Positions 1 to 10,900 of a DNA stretch of 64,000 nt are shown one piece after another; position 1 is the first letter of the stretch, and each line of letters begins with the position of its first letter. Both the position numbers and the translations under genes were made by a program. The stretch comes from a virus. The notes under the pieces were generated by a model. The model was not told the DNA's origin. It searched no databases and saw nothing but the letters and a program-made list of their open reading frames with translations. The DNA lies in IMG/VR virus record IMGVR_UViG_3300014502_000005, positions 12,237-76,236 of that record; one strand, 5' to 3'.

Positions 1-19
1 TTTGAATATTATTTAAGAT

Positions 20-337
20 ATGAAAGTTGAAAAATTAAATACGATGACACGGGGATGGTTTATGGGAAACTTTGAACCATCTATGTATAAAGGTGATTTC
101 GAAGTTGGCGCTAAAGATTATAAAAAGGGGGATATTGAATTAGCTCATATACATAAATTAGCAAAAGAATTTACAGTCTTACTTTCTGGCAAGGCTAGGA
201 TGAATAATATTTATCTTGAAAAAGGCGATATAATACAGATAGATGAATTTGAATTAACTGACTTTGAATGCATAGAAGATTGCATAACTTTAGTTGTTAA
301 AACTAAAAGCGTCCAAAACGATAAATATGAATTATGA
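20..337 (+). CDS. cupin-fold protein of sugar-nucleotide cluster
   Basis: HxHxxxxE cupin motif (AHIHKLAKEFT); lies next to a nucleotidyltransferase. Confidence 0.6.
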   Translation: MKVEKLNTMTRGWFMGNFEPSMYKGDFEVGAKDYKKGDIELAHIHKLAKEFTVLLSGKARMNNIYLEKGDIIQIDEFELTDFECIEDCITLVVKTKSVQNDKYEL

Positions 338-1701
338 TAAAACTAGTTATATTTGACCTTGATGGTGTATTAATAGATACTAGGGACTTACACTACAAGT
401 TACTAAACAAAGCATTATTTTGTGAAGATAAAAAATACGTCATATTTCATTCTGAGCATCTTCTTAAATTTGATGGAAAATCAACGTATAAAAAATTAGA
501 GATCCTTTCTAAAGAAAGGGGATTGCCAATAGAAAGCCATAGAAGGATATGGGAAATGAAGCAAAAACTTACTATTGACTGCCTTCTGGACACTATTGTA
601 GAAGATGAAAAAATAATAGGCATTATTAAGCAATTAAAAAAAGATGGGATTAAAGTTTATGTCGCTTCGAACTCAATAAAAGAAACCGTAGAAGTTTCTA
701 TCTATAAATTAGGCATAACAGAAATGATAGACGGTTATTTATCTAATGAGGATGTAAAAAACATAAAGCCCCATCCAGAAATGTATATGAAATGCATGAT
801 AAATGAATCAGTATTGCCATCGGAAACATTAATAATAGAAGACTCTTATATTGGCAGGAAGTCGGCAGTGTCATCGGGAGCTAATCTATGCCCTGTTAAA
901 GATATGAAAGATGTTACTTTAGAAAGAGTCTACAAATATATTAATCGAGAAGTGAATGATATTAAATGGTCGGACGATAAAATGAACATCTTAATACCCA
1001 TGGCCGGATGGGGGTCTCGTTTTGAAAAAGCAGGATACTCGTTCCCTAAGCATCTTATAGATGTTAATGGGAAACCTATGATACAAGTTGTTGTCGAGAA
1101 CCTTAATATTGATGCTAACTTTATTTACGTAGTTAGAAAAGATCACTATGATAAATATAATTTAGAATCATTCTTAAAAGTACTTACCCCAAATTGCAAA
1201 ATAGTTATTACTTATAATGTAACTGAAGGCGCTTGTTGCACTACGTTATTAGCAGAAAAATATATAAATAACGACAATCCATTATTGATCGTAAACTCAG
1301 ACCAATTCATAGAATGGAATTCTGGAGAATTTTATCATTCTTTAAATACTAATAATATAGATGGTAGCATTTTGACGTTTAAAAATATGCACCCTAAGTG
1401 GAGTTACGTTAAATGTGATGATTATGGTAACGTTACTGAATTAAAAGAAAAGGAAGTTATAAGTAATAAGGCTACAGTTGGTATATATTATTGGGCAAAA
1501 GGCTCAGACTATGTAAAATATTCCAATCAGATGATAGAAAAAGATTTGAGGGTTAAAGGAGAATTCTATGTAGCCCCAGTCTACAACGAGGCAATAGCTG
1601 ATGGTAAAATAATAAAAACATATAATATTGATAAAATGTTTGGACTTGGCACCCCAGAAGATCTTGACTATTTTATAAAAAATCATCGACATGAAAATTA
1701 A
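334..1701 (+). CDS. HAD phosphatase fused to sugar-phosphate nucleotidyltransferase
   Basis: N-terminal FDLDGVL, KPHPE and IEDS HAD motifs; C-terminal IPMAGWGSRF...PK NTP-transferase motif and GLGTPEDL. Confidence 0.85.
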   Translation: MIKLVIFDLDGVLIDTRDLHYKLLNKALFCEDKKYVIFHSEHLLKFDGKSTYKKLEILSKERGLPIESHRRIWEMKQKLTIDCLLDTIVEDEKIIGIIKQLKKDGIKVYVASNSIKETVEVSIYKLGITEMIDGYLSNEDVKNIKPHPEMYMKCMINESVLPSETLIIEDSYIGRKSAVSSGANLCPVKDMKDVTLERVYKYINREVNDIKWSDDKMNILIPMAGWGSRFEKAGYSFPKHLIDVNGKPMIQVVVENLNIDANFIYVVRKDHYDKYNLESFLKVLTPNCKIVITYNVTEGACCTTLLAEKYINNDNPLLIVNSDQFIEWNSGEFYHSLNTNNIDGSILTFKNMHPKWSYVKCDDYGNVTELKEKEVISNKATVGIYYWAKGSDYVKYSNQMIEKDLRVKGEFYVAPVYNEAIADGKIIKTYNIDKMFGLGTPEDLDYFIKNHRHEN

Positions 1702-2512
1702 AGCATACTTCGTTACTTATAAAAATAATGACGAATTAAATAAAACTTTGATGTCATTTAAAGAAAGTGGCATTACTAACTATGATTACGAAATAAACAT
1801 AGTCAACAACGCTTCTGATTATCCGGTTGTTGTTAGCGACTTCTTTGGATTAAAATATAGAATTATCAAAAATGAAACAAGGCCATCATTTTCAACAGGT
1901 CATTTAGCTAGAAACTGGAACGAATGTTTGATTGATGGATTTAGGGATCCAGAAAATCCAGATTGTGATATTGTTATTCTTAGTCAAAATGACAATACAT
2001 TTCATCCTAATGTAATAGACATGCTAGTAGAAGCCCATAAAAAATATTCATTTATACAAAATGGAGCAGGAGATTCTTTTCACAGTTACACTATTGATTC
2101 AGTAAAAAAAGTTGGGTTGTGGGATGAAAGATTTTGTGGAATAGGGTTTCAGGAAGGAGACTATCTATTAAGACAAGTACTTTTCAACAAAGAAAATAGT
2201 AGCATTACCGATGTAGTACATAATAGAATGCATAATGAACTTAATTTTAATATAATAGATTACTGTAAGCCTACAGGGTTTATGCGAAGCGATATTCATC
2301 ATCACGCTTCCTTAAAATATCATTTTGTATCGGGAGATTTATTTATGCTTAAATGGAAGGGGAACGAGTCAAGAGATTGTCCTTGGCAATACTGGGATGA
2401 ACAATCATTAAATAGATTTTACATAGATCGCCCCCAGCACATACTGTATCCATATTTTGAATGGTCATTTGTCAAAGGTAATTTAAACTACTATCAATAT
2501 AAAGGATACTAA
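1691..2512 (+). CDS. putative GT2-like glycosyltransferase
   Basis: VTYK, IVNN, ARNWN and VGLWDERF..GFQEGDY resemble GT-A motifs. Confidence 0.6.
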   Translation: MKIKAYFVTYKNNDELNKTLMSFKESGITNYDYEINIVNNASDYPVVVSDFFGLKYRIIKNETRPSFSTGHLARNWNECLIDGFRDPENPDCDIVILSQNDNTFHPNVIDMLVEAHKKYSFIQNGAGDSFHSYTIDSVKKVGLWDERFCGIGFQEGDYLLRQVLFNKENSSITDVVHNRMHNELNFNIIDYCKPTGFMRSDIHHHASLKYHFVSGDLFMLKWKGNESRDCPWQYWDEQSLNRFYIDRPQHILYPYFEWSFVKGNLNYYQYKGY

Positions 2513-2947
2513 ATGAAAATAATAAGCCATAGGGGGAATATAAATGGAGAAAATCCATCGATGGAAAATAAGCCAGAATATATATTGAAAGCATTAGAAG
2601 AAGGTTTTGATGTAGAAATAGATGTCTGGAAAATTGGGCTAAACTTATTATTAGGGCATGACAACCCTAGTAATACAATAGATTTTAATTTTTTATCGAC
2701 TCCTGGGTTATGGATACATTGCAAAAATATAGAATGTATTGAATATTTAATAAATATAAATAGGCTAAATATATTTTGGCATCAAAAGGACGATATAGCT
2801 ATGACTAGTAACAAATTCTTATGGACATATCCAGGCAAGAAACTAACAAGTAAGTCTATAGCTGTTTTGCCAGAAAAAACATTTGACTGGAATATTGAAA
2901 ATGCTTATGGAGTTTGCACTAATTATCCATTAAAATATAAAAAGTGA
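2513..2947 (+). CDS. glycerophosphodiester phosphodiesterase-like (PLC-like) protein
   Basis: ISHRG, EN, VEIDV and GHD motifs. Confidence 0.7.
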   Translation: MKIISHRGNINGENPSMENKPEYILKALEEGFDVEIDVWKIGLNLLLGHDNPSNTIDFNFLSTPGLWIHCKNIECIEYLININRLNIFWHQKDDIAMTSNKFLWTYPGKKLTSKSIAVLPEKTFDWNIENAYGVCTNYPLKYKK

Positions 2948-3555
2948 AGGTAGCTGTATTATATAGTGGAGCTTTAAGGACTTGGGACGAATGTAGGGAA
3001 AACCAAATAAATAACATTCTTACAGAAGGAGTAGATTCGTATTTTTATACAGACGAAGAGCCGAAAGGAATAAAATATACACAATACGTACAAATACCAG
3101 AAAGGTATTATAACGAAATAGACCATAGGTATGATGCGGATAAAAATCCAATAACTAATACTTCTAATACGCTAGGGATGTGGCATAATATGTTTGTAGG
3201 ATGGTGTTTAGTGCCTAAAACTTATGATGTTTATGTTAAATCCAGATGTGATATAATACTGTCCCAGAAGATAAATTTTGAACTATTCGATGTAAGCGGT
3301 AATGATATTTATATCCCAATTGAAGGAGATTTTTGTGGTGGGGTAAATGACCGTTTCGCTATTGGAAATTATGAAATAATGAAAAAGTATTTCAGTATTT
3401 ATATAGAGCACCAAAATCTTTTTCAGTCAGGGCTAACTTTTCATACAGAATATTATTTAACAGAAAACTTGAAAAGAAAAGGAGTTAATATTATAAGATT
3501 CAGTATAAAAGATACAATAATAAGAGGTGAACCAAGTAAAAGAAACGTGGCATGA
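2944..3555 (+). CDS. putative glycosyltransferase-like protein
   Basis: KVAVLYSGALR, YDVYVKSRCD and GVNDRFAIG motifs; cluster context. Confidence 0.5.
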   Translation: MKVAVLYSGALRTWDECRENQINNILTEGVDSYFYTDEEPKGIKYTQYVQIPERYYNEIDHRYDADKNPITNTSNTLGMWHNMFVGWCLVPKTYDVYVKSRCDIILSQKINFELFDVSGNDIYIPIEGDFCGGVNDRFAIGNYEIMKKYFSIYIEHQNLFQSGLTFHTEYYLTENLKRKGVNIIRFSIKDTIIRGEPSKRNVA

Positions 3556-4169
3556 ATATAGTAATACCAATAAACGGAAAAAACGAAAGGATGGGTCAGT
3601 TATTTAAAACCCCTAAGCATCTATTGTTATATAAAGGAGTTCCGGCAATACAGAGAACTATCTCTTATTTAAAGTTAAAATTCTCTGATTCAAATATAAC
3701 AATACTTGCAAATAGGTCTTACATAGATGAATTAGAGCCGTATTCAAAAGAAGTGGACTTAATAAAAGTAGGAACAACTAATTCCCATGTAGAAACTTTA
3801 TTGCAATATACATTGTTGGCATCAGGCGATATTATGTTTATAGATTGTGATATAATTCCAATGAACATTAATACTCCTTTTTGTAATACAGTATATGGTT
3901 TTAATAATAAAAGTGGTAGTAAGCAATATTCTAATTATACTGTTAATGGCGACTCTATCATTGATTGTAATGAAAAAGATGAAACTTCTAAGTACGCGGG
4001 CGCAGGAATTTATTATTTTGATGACATAGAAGCTTTTAATATTAGTGCATCTGGAGAAACTAGCATTTCTAGGGTTATAAAAAAAATGATACTAACAGGT
4101 ATTTATTTTAAATTCGATATAGACAATACAATATTCAGGTTTGGAACTTTAAATGACATAGTATCATGA
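3552..4169 (+). CDS. nucleotidyltransferase (NTP_transferase family)
   Basis: VIPINGKNERM...PKHLL, DCD, AGIYYF and FGT motifs. Confidence 0.7.
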   Translation: MNIVIPINGKNERMGQLFKTPKHLLLYKGVPAIQRTISYLKLKFSDSNITILANRSYIDELEPYSKEVDLIKVGTTNSHVETLLQYTLLASGDIMFIDCDIIPMNINTPFCNTVYGFNNKSGSKQYSNYTVNGDSIIDCNEKDETSKYAGAGIYYFDDIEAFNISASGETSISRVIKKMILTGIYFKFDIDNTIFRFGTLNDIVS

Positions 4170-5131
4170 CTGTATCTGTAGATTTTGATGGAACTTTATG
4201 TTTAGGACTTGATTTTGAAATAAAAAATAAAACTCCTAATACTATATTGATAGGTAAAATAAATTATTTAAAATCAAAAGGTAATTATATAAAAATAGTC
4301 ACTGCAAGAGGATCTTATAATACTTCAATAGAAGAAAGGACTAAAAAGTATTATAATATAATTAAAGATTACCTCGATAAAAATGGCGTTAACTATGATG
4401 AAATATCATTCAACAAGGAATTTGCCGATATATATATAGACGATTTGGCTATACGTCCAGAAGAAGTTACGATAACTAAAGATTTAAGTTCTTCATTTAC
4501 CGATAATGTAGTTACAAGAATAAATGATACAGTCATAAAATCAGGTAAGACAATCGAAAAAGAATATGAATGGTATAAATCATATTTACATAAAAAAGAT
4601 ATTCCAGAAATACTAAACGTAACTAGGCATTCCATCGTATATAAGTACATAGAATCTTATGGGAAATTGAATTATGATTCACTATTTGACAAAATAGATA
4701 GGTATAAAGATTACGACCCATTAAATAACCTAACATTTAATTCGTATATAATTAATATTAACGATCACATTATAAGTAATCAAATACTTATAGATTATAA
4801 AAAATTAATATATATGTTGCAAGAAATAAATATTGAACCCTCATTTGCTCACGGAGATCTTAGTATAACTAACATTATACCTACAGAAAATGGAATTAAG
4901 TTTATAGACCCATTATACAATAAAGATAAATTTGGCAGCTATATAATCGATTTTGCCAAGTTACTATTCAGTGTAAAATTCTACCTTGGGGATGTGAAAT
5001 TATTTGAAGAGCTAAAATCAAAAATAAACATAGGTTACATAGATACTTTGATCGCTTCTGAATGTGTGAGAGTGGCATCTTATAAACAACAATATAATTT
5101 TATCGCAGAAAACTTAATAAATGAATTATAA
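4166..5131 (+). CDS. capsule-type HAD phosphatase fused to an APH/choline-kinase-like phosphotransferase
   Basis: DFDGT, TARG and YIDD HAD motifs; HGDLSITNI and FIDP kinase motifs. Confidence 0.75.
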   Translation: MTVSVDFDGTLCLGLDFEIKNKTPNTILIGKINYLKSKGNYIKIVTARGSYNTSIEERTKKYYNIIKDYLDKNGVNYDEISFNKEFADIYIDDLAIRPEEVTITKDLSSSFTDNVVTRINDTVIKSGKTIEKEYEWYKSYLHKKDIPEILNVTRHSIVYKYIESYGKLNYDSLFDKIDRYKDYDPLNNLTFNSYIININDHIISNQILIDYKKLIYMLQEINIEPSFAHGDLSITNIIPTENGIKFIDPLYNKDKFGSYIIDFAKLLFSVKFYLGDVKLFEELKSKINIGYIDTLIASECVRVASYKQQYNFIAENLINEL

Positions 5132-5649
5132 TGGAACATATTAATGAAAATTTTATTGGTTGGTTTACTTATCCTCGTATTTATAAAGATATGGTGGAAA
5201 AATTCCCGTCGGGAAGTAATTTTGTCGAGATCGGGACTTATCATGGCAGGTCGTTATCTTATTTGATCGTTGAAATGATTAACGCTGGTAAAAGTTTTAA
5301 TATTACTGGAGTTGATTCTTTTACTTTTGAAAAACAACTAGAGACGTTTGAGGGAAACATGCAGCCTATAATAGATAAATTCGACGTAATAATAGATCAG
5401 AGTTGGAACGCAGATAATTATTTTGATGACGAATCTATTGATTTTGTGTTTATTGATGCTGATCATGTTTATGAAAGTGTTAAAAAAGATATATTAGCTT
5501 GGTGGCCTAAAGTTAAAAAAGGTGGTATTCTAGCTGGGCATGACCTGTGTTCAGAGCATATTGGGGTAGAACAGGCGGTAGTTGAAATTTTCGGTAATGA
5601 TTGGGATAAAATTTATTTAGATGAACTTTGTTGGTTAATGAAAAAGTAA
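5131..5649 (+). CDS. class I SAM-dependent methyltransferase (Methyltransf_24-like)
   Basis: VEIGTYHGRS, FIDADHVYE and GGILAGHD motifs. Confidence 0.85.
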   Translation: MEHINENFIGWFTYPRIYKDMVEKFPSGSNFVEIGTYHGRSLSYLIVEMINAGKSFNITGVDSFTFEKQLETFEGNMQPIIDKFDVIIDQSWNADNYFDDESIDFVFIDADHVYESVKKDILAWWPKVKKGGILAGHDLCSEHIGVEQAVVEIFGNDWDKIYLDELCWLMKK

Positions 5650-5650
5650 A

Positions 5651-6634
5651 ATGAATAAAATACCAGTAATATTAGAATATCCAGATCAAATATCTTCTGT
5701 ATGCTCTTTTTGGAGGTCAAGAGGCGTATTGTCTGAACTTGCAAAAGAAGGCCACATAGGGTTAATAGAAGGTCAATGGGATGATAATTGGACAACTATA
5801 CGTTCATGTGACATTGCCTTTTTTCAACGGCCAATGAACAAAGATTGTCTGAACCAAATAATGAAATGCAAAGACTTAGGATTAAAAATTTGGATGGACT
5901 TTGATGATACTTTTGAAATCCCCCCATCCCACGAAGTTTATGATTTATGGACTAAAATATTTGATGAAAAAGTATTCTTTAAAATGTTAATGTTAGCAGA
6001 CGTAGTAACAGTTACTACAGAAAATTTAAAGAATTTTTATCTGAAATATTCAAATGATGTTGTTGTAATTCCAAATGCTATAAATGATAAATTTCTTAAA
6101 TTTAGAAGGCCATCAAATAATAAAGTAGTCTTAATAAGGGCTGGTAAACATCACTTACCTGACATATGGGAGTATAAAAATGAGATTATACAAGTAATGA
6201 ATAATCACCCCGATTGGAAACTAGTCGTTTTAGGGTGTGAAATTAAGTTCTTGTCAAACAAAATTAAAAACTATGAATATGGAGGAGATTTTGATATTCA
6301 CCAATATTTCGGATATATTCTAACAACCCAACCATCTATTTTTATAGTACCTTTATTAGACAATGAATTAAATAGGGGAAAATCAAATATTAGTTGGCAA
6401 GAAGCTACGTTGTGCGGAGCGGTGTCTTTAGTCCCAGACTATTGGAAATTAAAAAAGTATTCGGGAACATATAAGGACAAAAAAACGTTCAAACAATATT
6501 TTGAAGAACTTGTGTTTAACAAAGAATTAAGAATTGGATTATACAACAATTCTTTAAGTAAAGTTAAGAAGGATTTTTTATTATCAAAAGTAAATAAACA
6601 AAGATTGCAAATAATTAAAAATTTAATGAAATGA
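5651..6634 (+). CDS. GT-B (GT4-like) glycosyltransferase
   Basis: FQRP, DFDD, ADVVTVTT, VIPNA and PL..NELNRGKSNI motifs. Confidence 0.7.
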   Translation: MNKIPVILEYPDQISSVCSFWRSRGVLSELAKEGHIGLIEGQWDDNWTTIRSCDIAFFQRPMNKDCLNQIMKCKDLGLKIWMDFDDTFEIPPSHEVYDLWTKIFDEKVFFKMLMLADVVTVTTENLKNFYLKYSNDVVVIPNAINDKFLKFRRPSNNKVVLIRAGKHHLPDIWEYKNEIIQVMNNHPDWKLVVLGCEIKFLSNKIKNYEYGGDFDIHQYFGYILTTQPSIFIVPLLDNELNRGKSNISWQEATLCGAVSLVPDYWKLKKYSGTYKDKKTFKQYFEELVFNKELRIGLYNNSLSKVKKDFLLSKVNKQRLQIIKNLMK

Positions 6635-7407
6635 GTGAATGTCTTATAGCTATGGCTGTATATGATACAGATGAGAATAAGCGCACGGAATATACTGAAC
6701 GTACGATTTCTAGTTTATTATCAACTACAGATCATGAAAATACTCGAATATTTATTATTGATAATTGTTCTTGTCTTAAAACAAAAAAGATACTAAAGGA
6801 ATGTTCTAAAATAGATAATATAACAATCATCTATAATAAAGACAATTTAGGAACCGCCGAAGCTATTAATTTAGCTTTAAAGAAAAGACAATCAGACGAG
6901 TATTGTGTTAAAATTGATAATGACGTAGTTATTCATGAGAATAATTGGGTTGAAAAAATGATCCGATGCTTTGAAAACGATTCTGAATTGGGAATATTAG
7001 GGTTAAAAAGAAAAGATTTGCCTAATTCTCCCGACTCTGAAGAATATAAAACCGGATTAATGTTTTTGCCCCATAAATTAGGCGAACCTTGGAATATTAT
7101 AGAATTATGCCAAGATATTATAGGAACGTGTACAATGTTTAATCCAAAATTTCTTGATAGAATAGGCTACTTGTATCAGCCTGGTATTTACGGGTTTGAC
7201 GATGTGTTAGCTTGCGAAAGGTCTATATTGTCTGGCTTTTATAATGCCTTCTTTCCAAGCGTAGAAATAGATCACATAGACGATGGTAAAAATCCATTTA
7301 CAGACTGGAAAAGAAAATATGCTGGGATATATCTTCCTAAGATTAATGAAATAAAAGAAGGTTACAGAACAGGAGAAATACCTATTTATTATAATCCATT
7401 TGCATGA
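6631..7407 (+). CDS. GT2 family glycosyltransferase
   Basis: IIDNCS, NLGTAEAIN, IDND and YGFDD motifs. Confidence 0.8.
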   Translation: MSECLIAMAVYDTDENKRTEYTERTISSLLSTTDHENTRIFIIDNCSCLKTKKILKECSKIDNITIIYNKDNLGTAEAINLALKKRQSDEYCVKIDNDVVIHENNWVEKMIRCFENDSELGILGLKRKDLPNSPDSEEYKTGLMFLPHKLGEPWNIIELCQDIIGTCTMFNPKFLDRIGYLYQPGIYGFDDVLACERSILSGFYNAFFPSVEIDHIDDGKNPFTDWKRKYAGIYLPKINEIKEGYRTGEIPIYYNPFA

Positions 7408-8060
7408 GAAAAGAAGATGTCGAAATTAAGTACTTAATGTACGACCCGTTTGATCCTAGATCAGTAGCTAAATTAGAATCATACGAAGAGTTTAATGTAG
7501 ATTTTGGAGTAGCCAAAAGTAAGGTTGTTTGTTATATAATACTTTGTTACGACCTTAATACCCAATTAAGGAAGGAGGTTCCTTATTTTAATAAGCGTAA
7601 ATTAGTAGCCGCTGAACTTGCCGGATTCGATCAAGCTAAAGACGGGAAGTTCAAAAAAAATTATGAAGATATATTACTTGGGTTAAACGAAAAGGCTAAT
7701 ACAGCTATATCTAAATACATCCGATTGTTTGCTTCTCCTAAATATTTATCTCTTGTATATTATTGGTCTATTCTTTCAGCAGAGTTTGAAAATATAACAA
7801 GTATCAAGGAATCAAAGGATTATAAAAATACTATTGGTAATATTGAAAAATTAGAAGCTAAAATAAATGAATGTGTCGAGTTCCTATACGGAGGAGAAGA
7901 GGTTAAGGATATTCGTCGAGCATTATATGAAAGTGTTGAAAAAGAAAATTTAAAACTACGGCCAGAACATATTGCTATGGCCGAAAATGTAGATGAACTT
8001 TTAGAAAATCCTTATGGTGATTATAAGCCAGAACCATTAAAATATAAAGGAAGTAAATAA
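7404..8060 (+). CDS. hypothetical protein, possible terminase small subunit
   Basis: position shortly upstream of the large terminase; predicted helical; positional call only. Confidence 0.3.
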   Translation: MRKEDVEIKYLMYDPFDPRSVAKLESYEEFNVDFGVAKSKVVCYIILCYDLNTQLRKEVPYFNKRKLVAAELAGFDQAKDGKFKKNYEDILLGLNEKANTAISKYIRLFASPKYLSLVYYWSILSAEFENITSIKESKDYKNTIGNIEKLEAKINECVEFLYGGEEVKDIRRALYESVEKENLKLRPEHIAMAENVDELLENPYGDYKPEPLKYKGSK

Positions 8061-8061
8061 C

Positions 8062-8247
8062 ATGAAAGCGAAAGTTATTGAAAAGGATAAATTTGAATAT
8101 ACACATAACGGATACGATCTGGCCGAAAACTATCTGAGATGTATCGGAGAATGGAATAGAATATCTAAAAATGGAACTTGCGAAAGTAAAAGGTTTATAG
8201 TTAGTCAGGCAAATTTAATTTATAGTAAACTAAACAGGATAAAATGA
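8062..8247 (+). CDS. hypothetical protein
   Basis: 61-aa ORF tightly packed and overlapping the terminase start. Confidence 0.5.
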   Translation: MKAKVIEKDKFEYTHNGYDLAENYLRCIGEWNRISKNGTCESKRFIVSQANLIYSKLNRIK

Positions 8248-10541
8248 ATTATTTAGAGGTCGACGATAGTTTTATATTCAATATTGGTCATCCATATAGG
8301 TATGAGCCAGACCCTTCTTTAGTTCCCATAAGGATAAGTTTACCGAAACCTCCTTCTTTAGAATTAATAGCTGGATATGGCCTTGATCCATTAGAACAAA
8401 AATGGGCACGACCGGAAATCCCTTTTAAACTAACTCAATTAGAAAAAGAAGTTAAAAGAGATTTAGAATTAAGATTAAGCTCGAATAAGAATGAACGTGT
8501 CACAGGATATAAAGTATTAGATGAAATTTGGAAAAGAATAGAAGACAATACAGAATATTACGCTGAAGAAATTAAGTTCATTAAACAAATGTGGTGGTAT
8601 CGTATTTATGGTTATTGGTTCTTTTGTAAAGGCAAACCAACATATATATGTGGGTGGCATTTTTTCTTTTTAACATTCTGGAAAATAGATGGTTCATTTT
8701 ATCCAGAATACAGAGACGTTGATAGAAGAGAGCTTTTAGCGTGGACTTATTTTAAAGAAACTAAAGAAACTTTTAAGAATTTAGATGAAAAGGGAAATGC
8801 TATTATAAATAATAACGGAGAATACGAAATAGAAGAACTTAATTATAATACATTTTTTGGGATAGCCGAAGCCAAGGGAAGACGTAGAGGAGTATCTAAT
8901 AAAGCGCAATCATCTCAATTTGAAGTTATAGCTAAGAAAAAGTCAGCTCTTGGGGTTATATTTTCTATGACTGAAGATAGTGCTAACAAACTATTCACTA
9001 ATATAACAGTTCGCGCATTTAGGCAAATACCCTTTTTCTTCCTTCCTACATGGGATGGATATTTTGAACAATCTAAAGAAGTTTTTTTTAATAAGCCAAA
9101 AAACATAATACTTGGTGATGATCTACAGAGTAGAATTACTCACGCTGAATCTGCTTATGGCGGTGAATTTGACGGCATGAAAATAGACATGGCTGTATAT
9201 GATGAGGAGGGGAAAACCAGATCCGTAGACATAACAAAAAGATGGAATACACATAAGCGGGCTTCGGCATTAGGGCCACGTATTTTAGGATTTAGCTTTC
9301 ATGTATCAACAACAGAAGATTTGGATGTCGATGGAGGCAAGCATTTTCAAAAAATGATTTATTCTTCTAGTTTTTATAACCGAAATGAAATAAATGGCCA
9401 AACACCTACAGGATTAGCTACTGTATTTTTCCCTTCTTATGATGGATATGAAGAATGTATAGATTATTGGGGATATAGTGTAATAGACTATCCTACAGAA
9501 GAACAAATAAAATATGGGTATAAATTAAAATATGGAGCTAAAAAGATACTACAAAGTGAACGGGACGCTTTATTAAATAGTAAAGATTTAAGAGACAAAG
9601 TTGAGTACCGAAGGCTAGTAGTTAAATTCCCTTTTACCTTAGACGAATGTTTTCTACTTACAGTCGGAGGCACAAGTGTCGACCTTGATATCATAAATAA
9701 AAGAAATGCTGAACTTAGGCGTATAAAAGAGCCTTTTGTAAGAGGAAATTTTGAATGGGCCTCAGAAAAATATGGCAAGGTATATTTTTTGCCTTCAGAC
9801 GAAGGAAGATGGGAGATAAGTAAATTATTAAATCCAGGAGAAACTAATCTCAAAGTCCTAACTCAATTTTATGATGAATTTAACGGGACTATAAAAGATG
9901 TGTGGATGCCTAAGTATCCAAACAAATTTACAATGGGGGTTGACCCATTTGATTTTAAGGGAGATAAAGAAATGGCCCTAGATACTGGATCAAGAATGTC
10001 AGATGGCGGAATTGCTGTTTATTGGGAAAGGGATTTATCCATAGACCCAGAAGATAAAAATATTTATGAATGGGAGTCTTCAAGATTTGTAGCTGTTTAT
10101 AGAAGTAGGCCGCTTTCTCATATATTTGATGAAGACGTACTAAAGGCCGCTATTTATTATGGTGCCATGATATTCCCGGAAACAAACAAAGGTAATATTT
10201 GGAAATATTTTACAGTAACTACAAATTTTGATGGTTACTTATTATATGAATATGATGAAGCTACCTGTAAATATAAAACAAGGCCTGGAGTTTATCAACT
10301 AGAAAAGTCCAAGCAAGATATTTGGGATTGCTTTAGGAACCATATTTCATTTAGAGGACATAAAGAATGCCATAGTTTATTATTAAATGAAATAGCTGCA
10401 TTAAAATTATTTGAAGACTTAAATAGGAATGACTGTGCCGCTGCTGCTGGGTGCGCTTTGCTTGGATCTAAAAGTAGGGCAAGACAATCGTTAGAATCAA
10501 TAGATGATATTGGAAGCTATGACTGGTGGAAGGCTATGTGA
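8244..10541 (+). CDS. terminase large subunit (crAss-like)
   Basis: Walker A-like KGRRRGVS, Walker B VYDEEGK, nuclease GVDPF, PETNK; GKPTYICGWH N-terminal motif. Confidence 0.85.
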   Translation: MNYLEVDDSFIFNIGHPYRYEPDPSLVPIRISLPKPPSLELIAGYGLDPLEQKWARPEIPFKLTQLEKEVKRDLELRLSSNKNERVTGYKVLDEIWKRIEDNTEYYAEEIKFIKQMWWYRIYGYWFFCKGKPTYICGWHFFFLTFWKIDGSFYPEYRDVDRRELLAWTYFKETKETFKNLDEKGNAIINNNGEYEIEELNYNTFFGIAEAKGRRRGVSNKAQSSQFEVIAKKKSALGVIFSMTEDSANKLFTNITVRAFRQIPFFFLPTWDGYFEQSKEVFFNKPKNIILGDDLQSRITHAESAYGGEFDGMKIDMAVYDEEGKTRSVDITKRWNTHKRASALGPRILGFSFHVSTTEDLDVDGGKHFQKMIYSSSFYNRNEINGQTPTGLATVFFPSYDGYEECIDYWGYSVIDYPTEEQIKYGYKLKYGAKKILQSERDALLNSKDLRDKVEYRRLVVKFPFTLDECFLLTVGGTSVDLDIINKRNAELRRIKEPFVRGNFEWASEKYGKVYFLPSDEGRWEISKLLNPGETNLKVLTQFYDEFNGTIKDVWMPKYPNKFTMGVDPFDFKGDKEMALDTGSRMSDGGIAVYWERDLSIDPEDKNIYEWESSRFVAVYRSRPLSHIFDEDVLKAAIYYGAMIFPETNKGNIWKYFTVTTNFDGYLLYEYDEATCKYKTRPGVYQLEKSKQDIWDCFRNHISFRGHKECHSLLLNEIAALKLFEDLNRNDCAAAAGCALLGSKSRARQSLESIDDIGSYDWWKAM

Positions 10542-10898
10542 TTAAATTAATTTAATAGATTCTTGTAATCCAATCTCTAAAGATTCTTCATAAATTTTAA
10601 ATCCTGCTCTACAAACTATTTTCTTTTTATTTCTAAGTTGAACAGTAGAAACATAAGATACTTCATTTGAGTTAATTCCTATTTGTCTTAAAGTTTCAAT
10701 ATGAATATCATGAACTTCTCTTAACCATTTTTGAAGTAATGATTGTGATGGGGCATACCAATAAACTTCTTGAGTTGTGCCAAAGTTTTGTATGAAATCA
10801 ATATCTCTATCTCCAATATATAAATGATCGCTTTTTATATTAAATCCTTTTTCTTTAGCTAATTTAGCGGTTTCAAATGATATCAATTTATTTTCCAT
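10542..10898 (-). CDS. hypothetical phage protein
   Basis: ISFETAKLAKEKGF...APSQSLLQKWLRE motif recalled from Bacteroidota phage hypotheticals. Confidence 0.7.
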   Translation of the reverse strand: MENKLISFETAKLAKEKGFNIKSDHLYIGDRDIDFIQNFGTTQEVYWYAPSQSLLQKWLREVHDIHIETLRQIGINSNEVSYVSTVQLRNKKKIVCRAGFKIYEESLEIGLQESIKLI

Positions 10899-10900
10899 AA

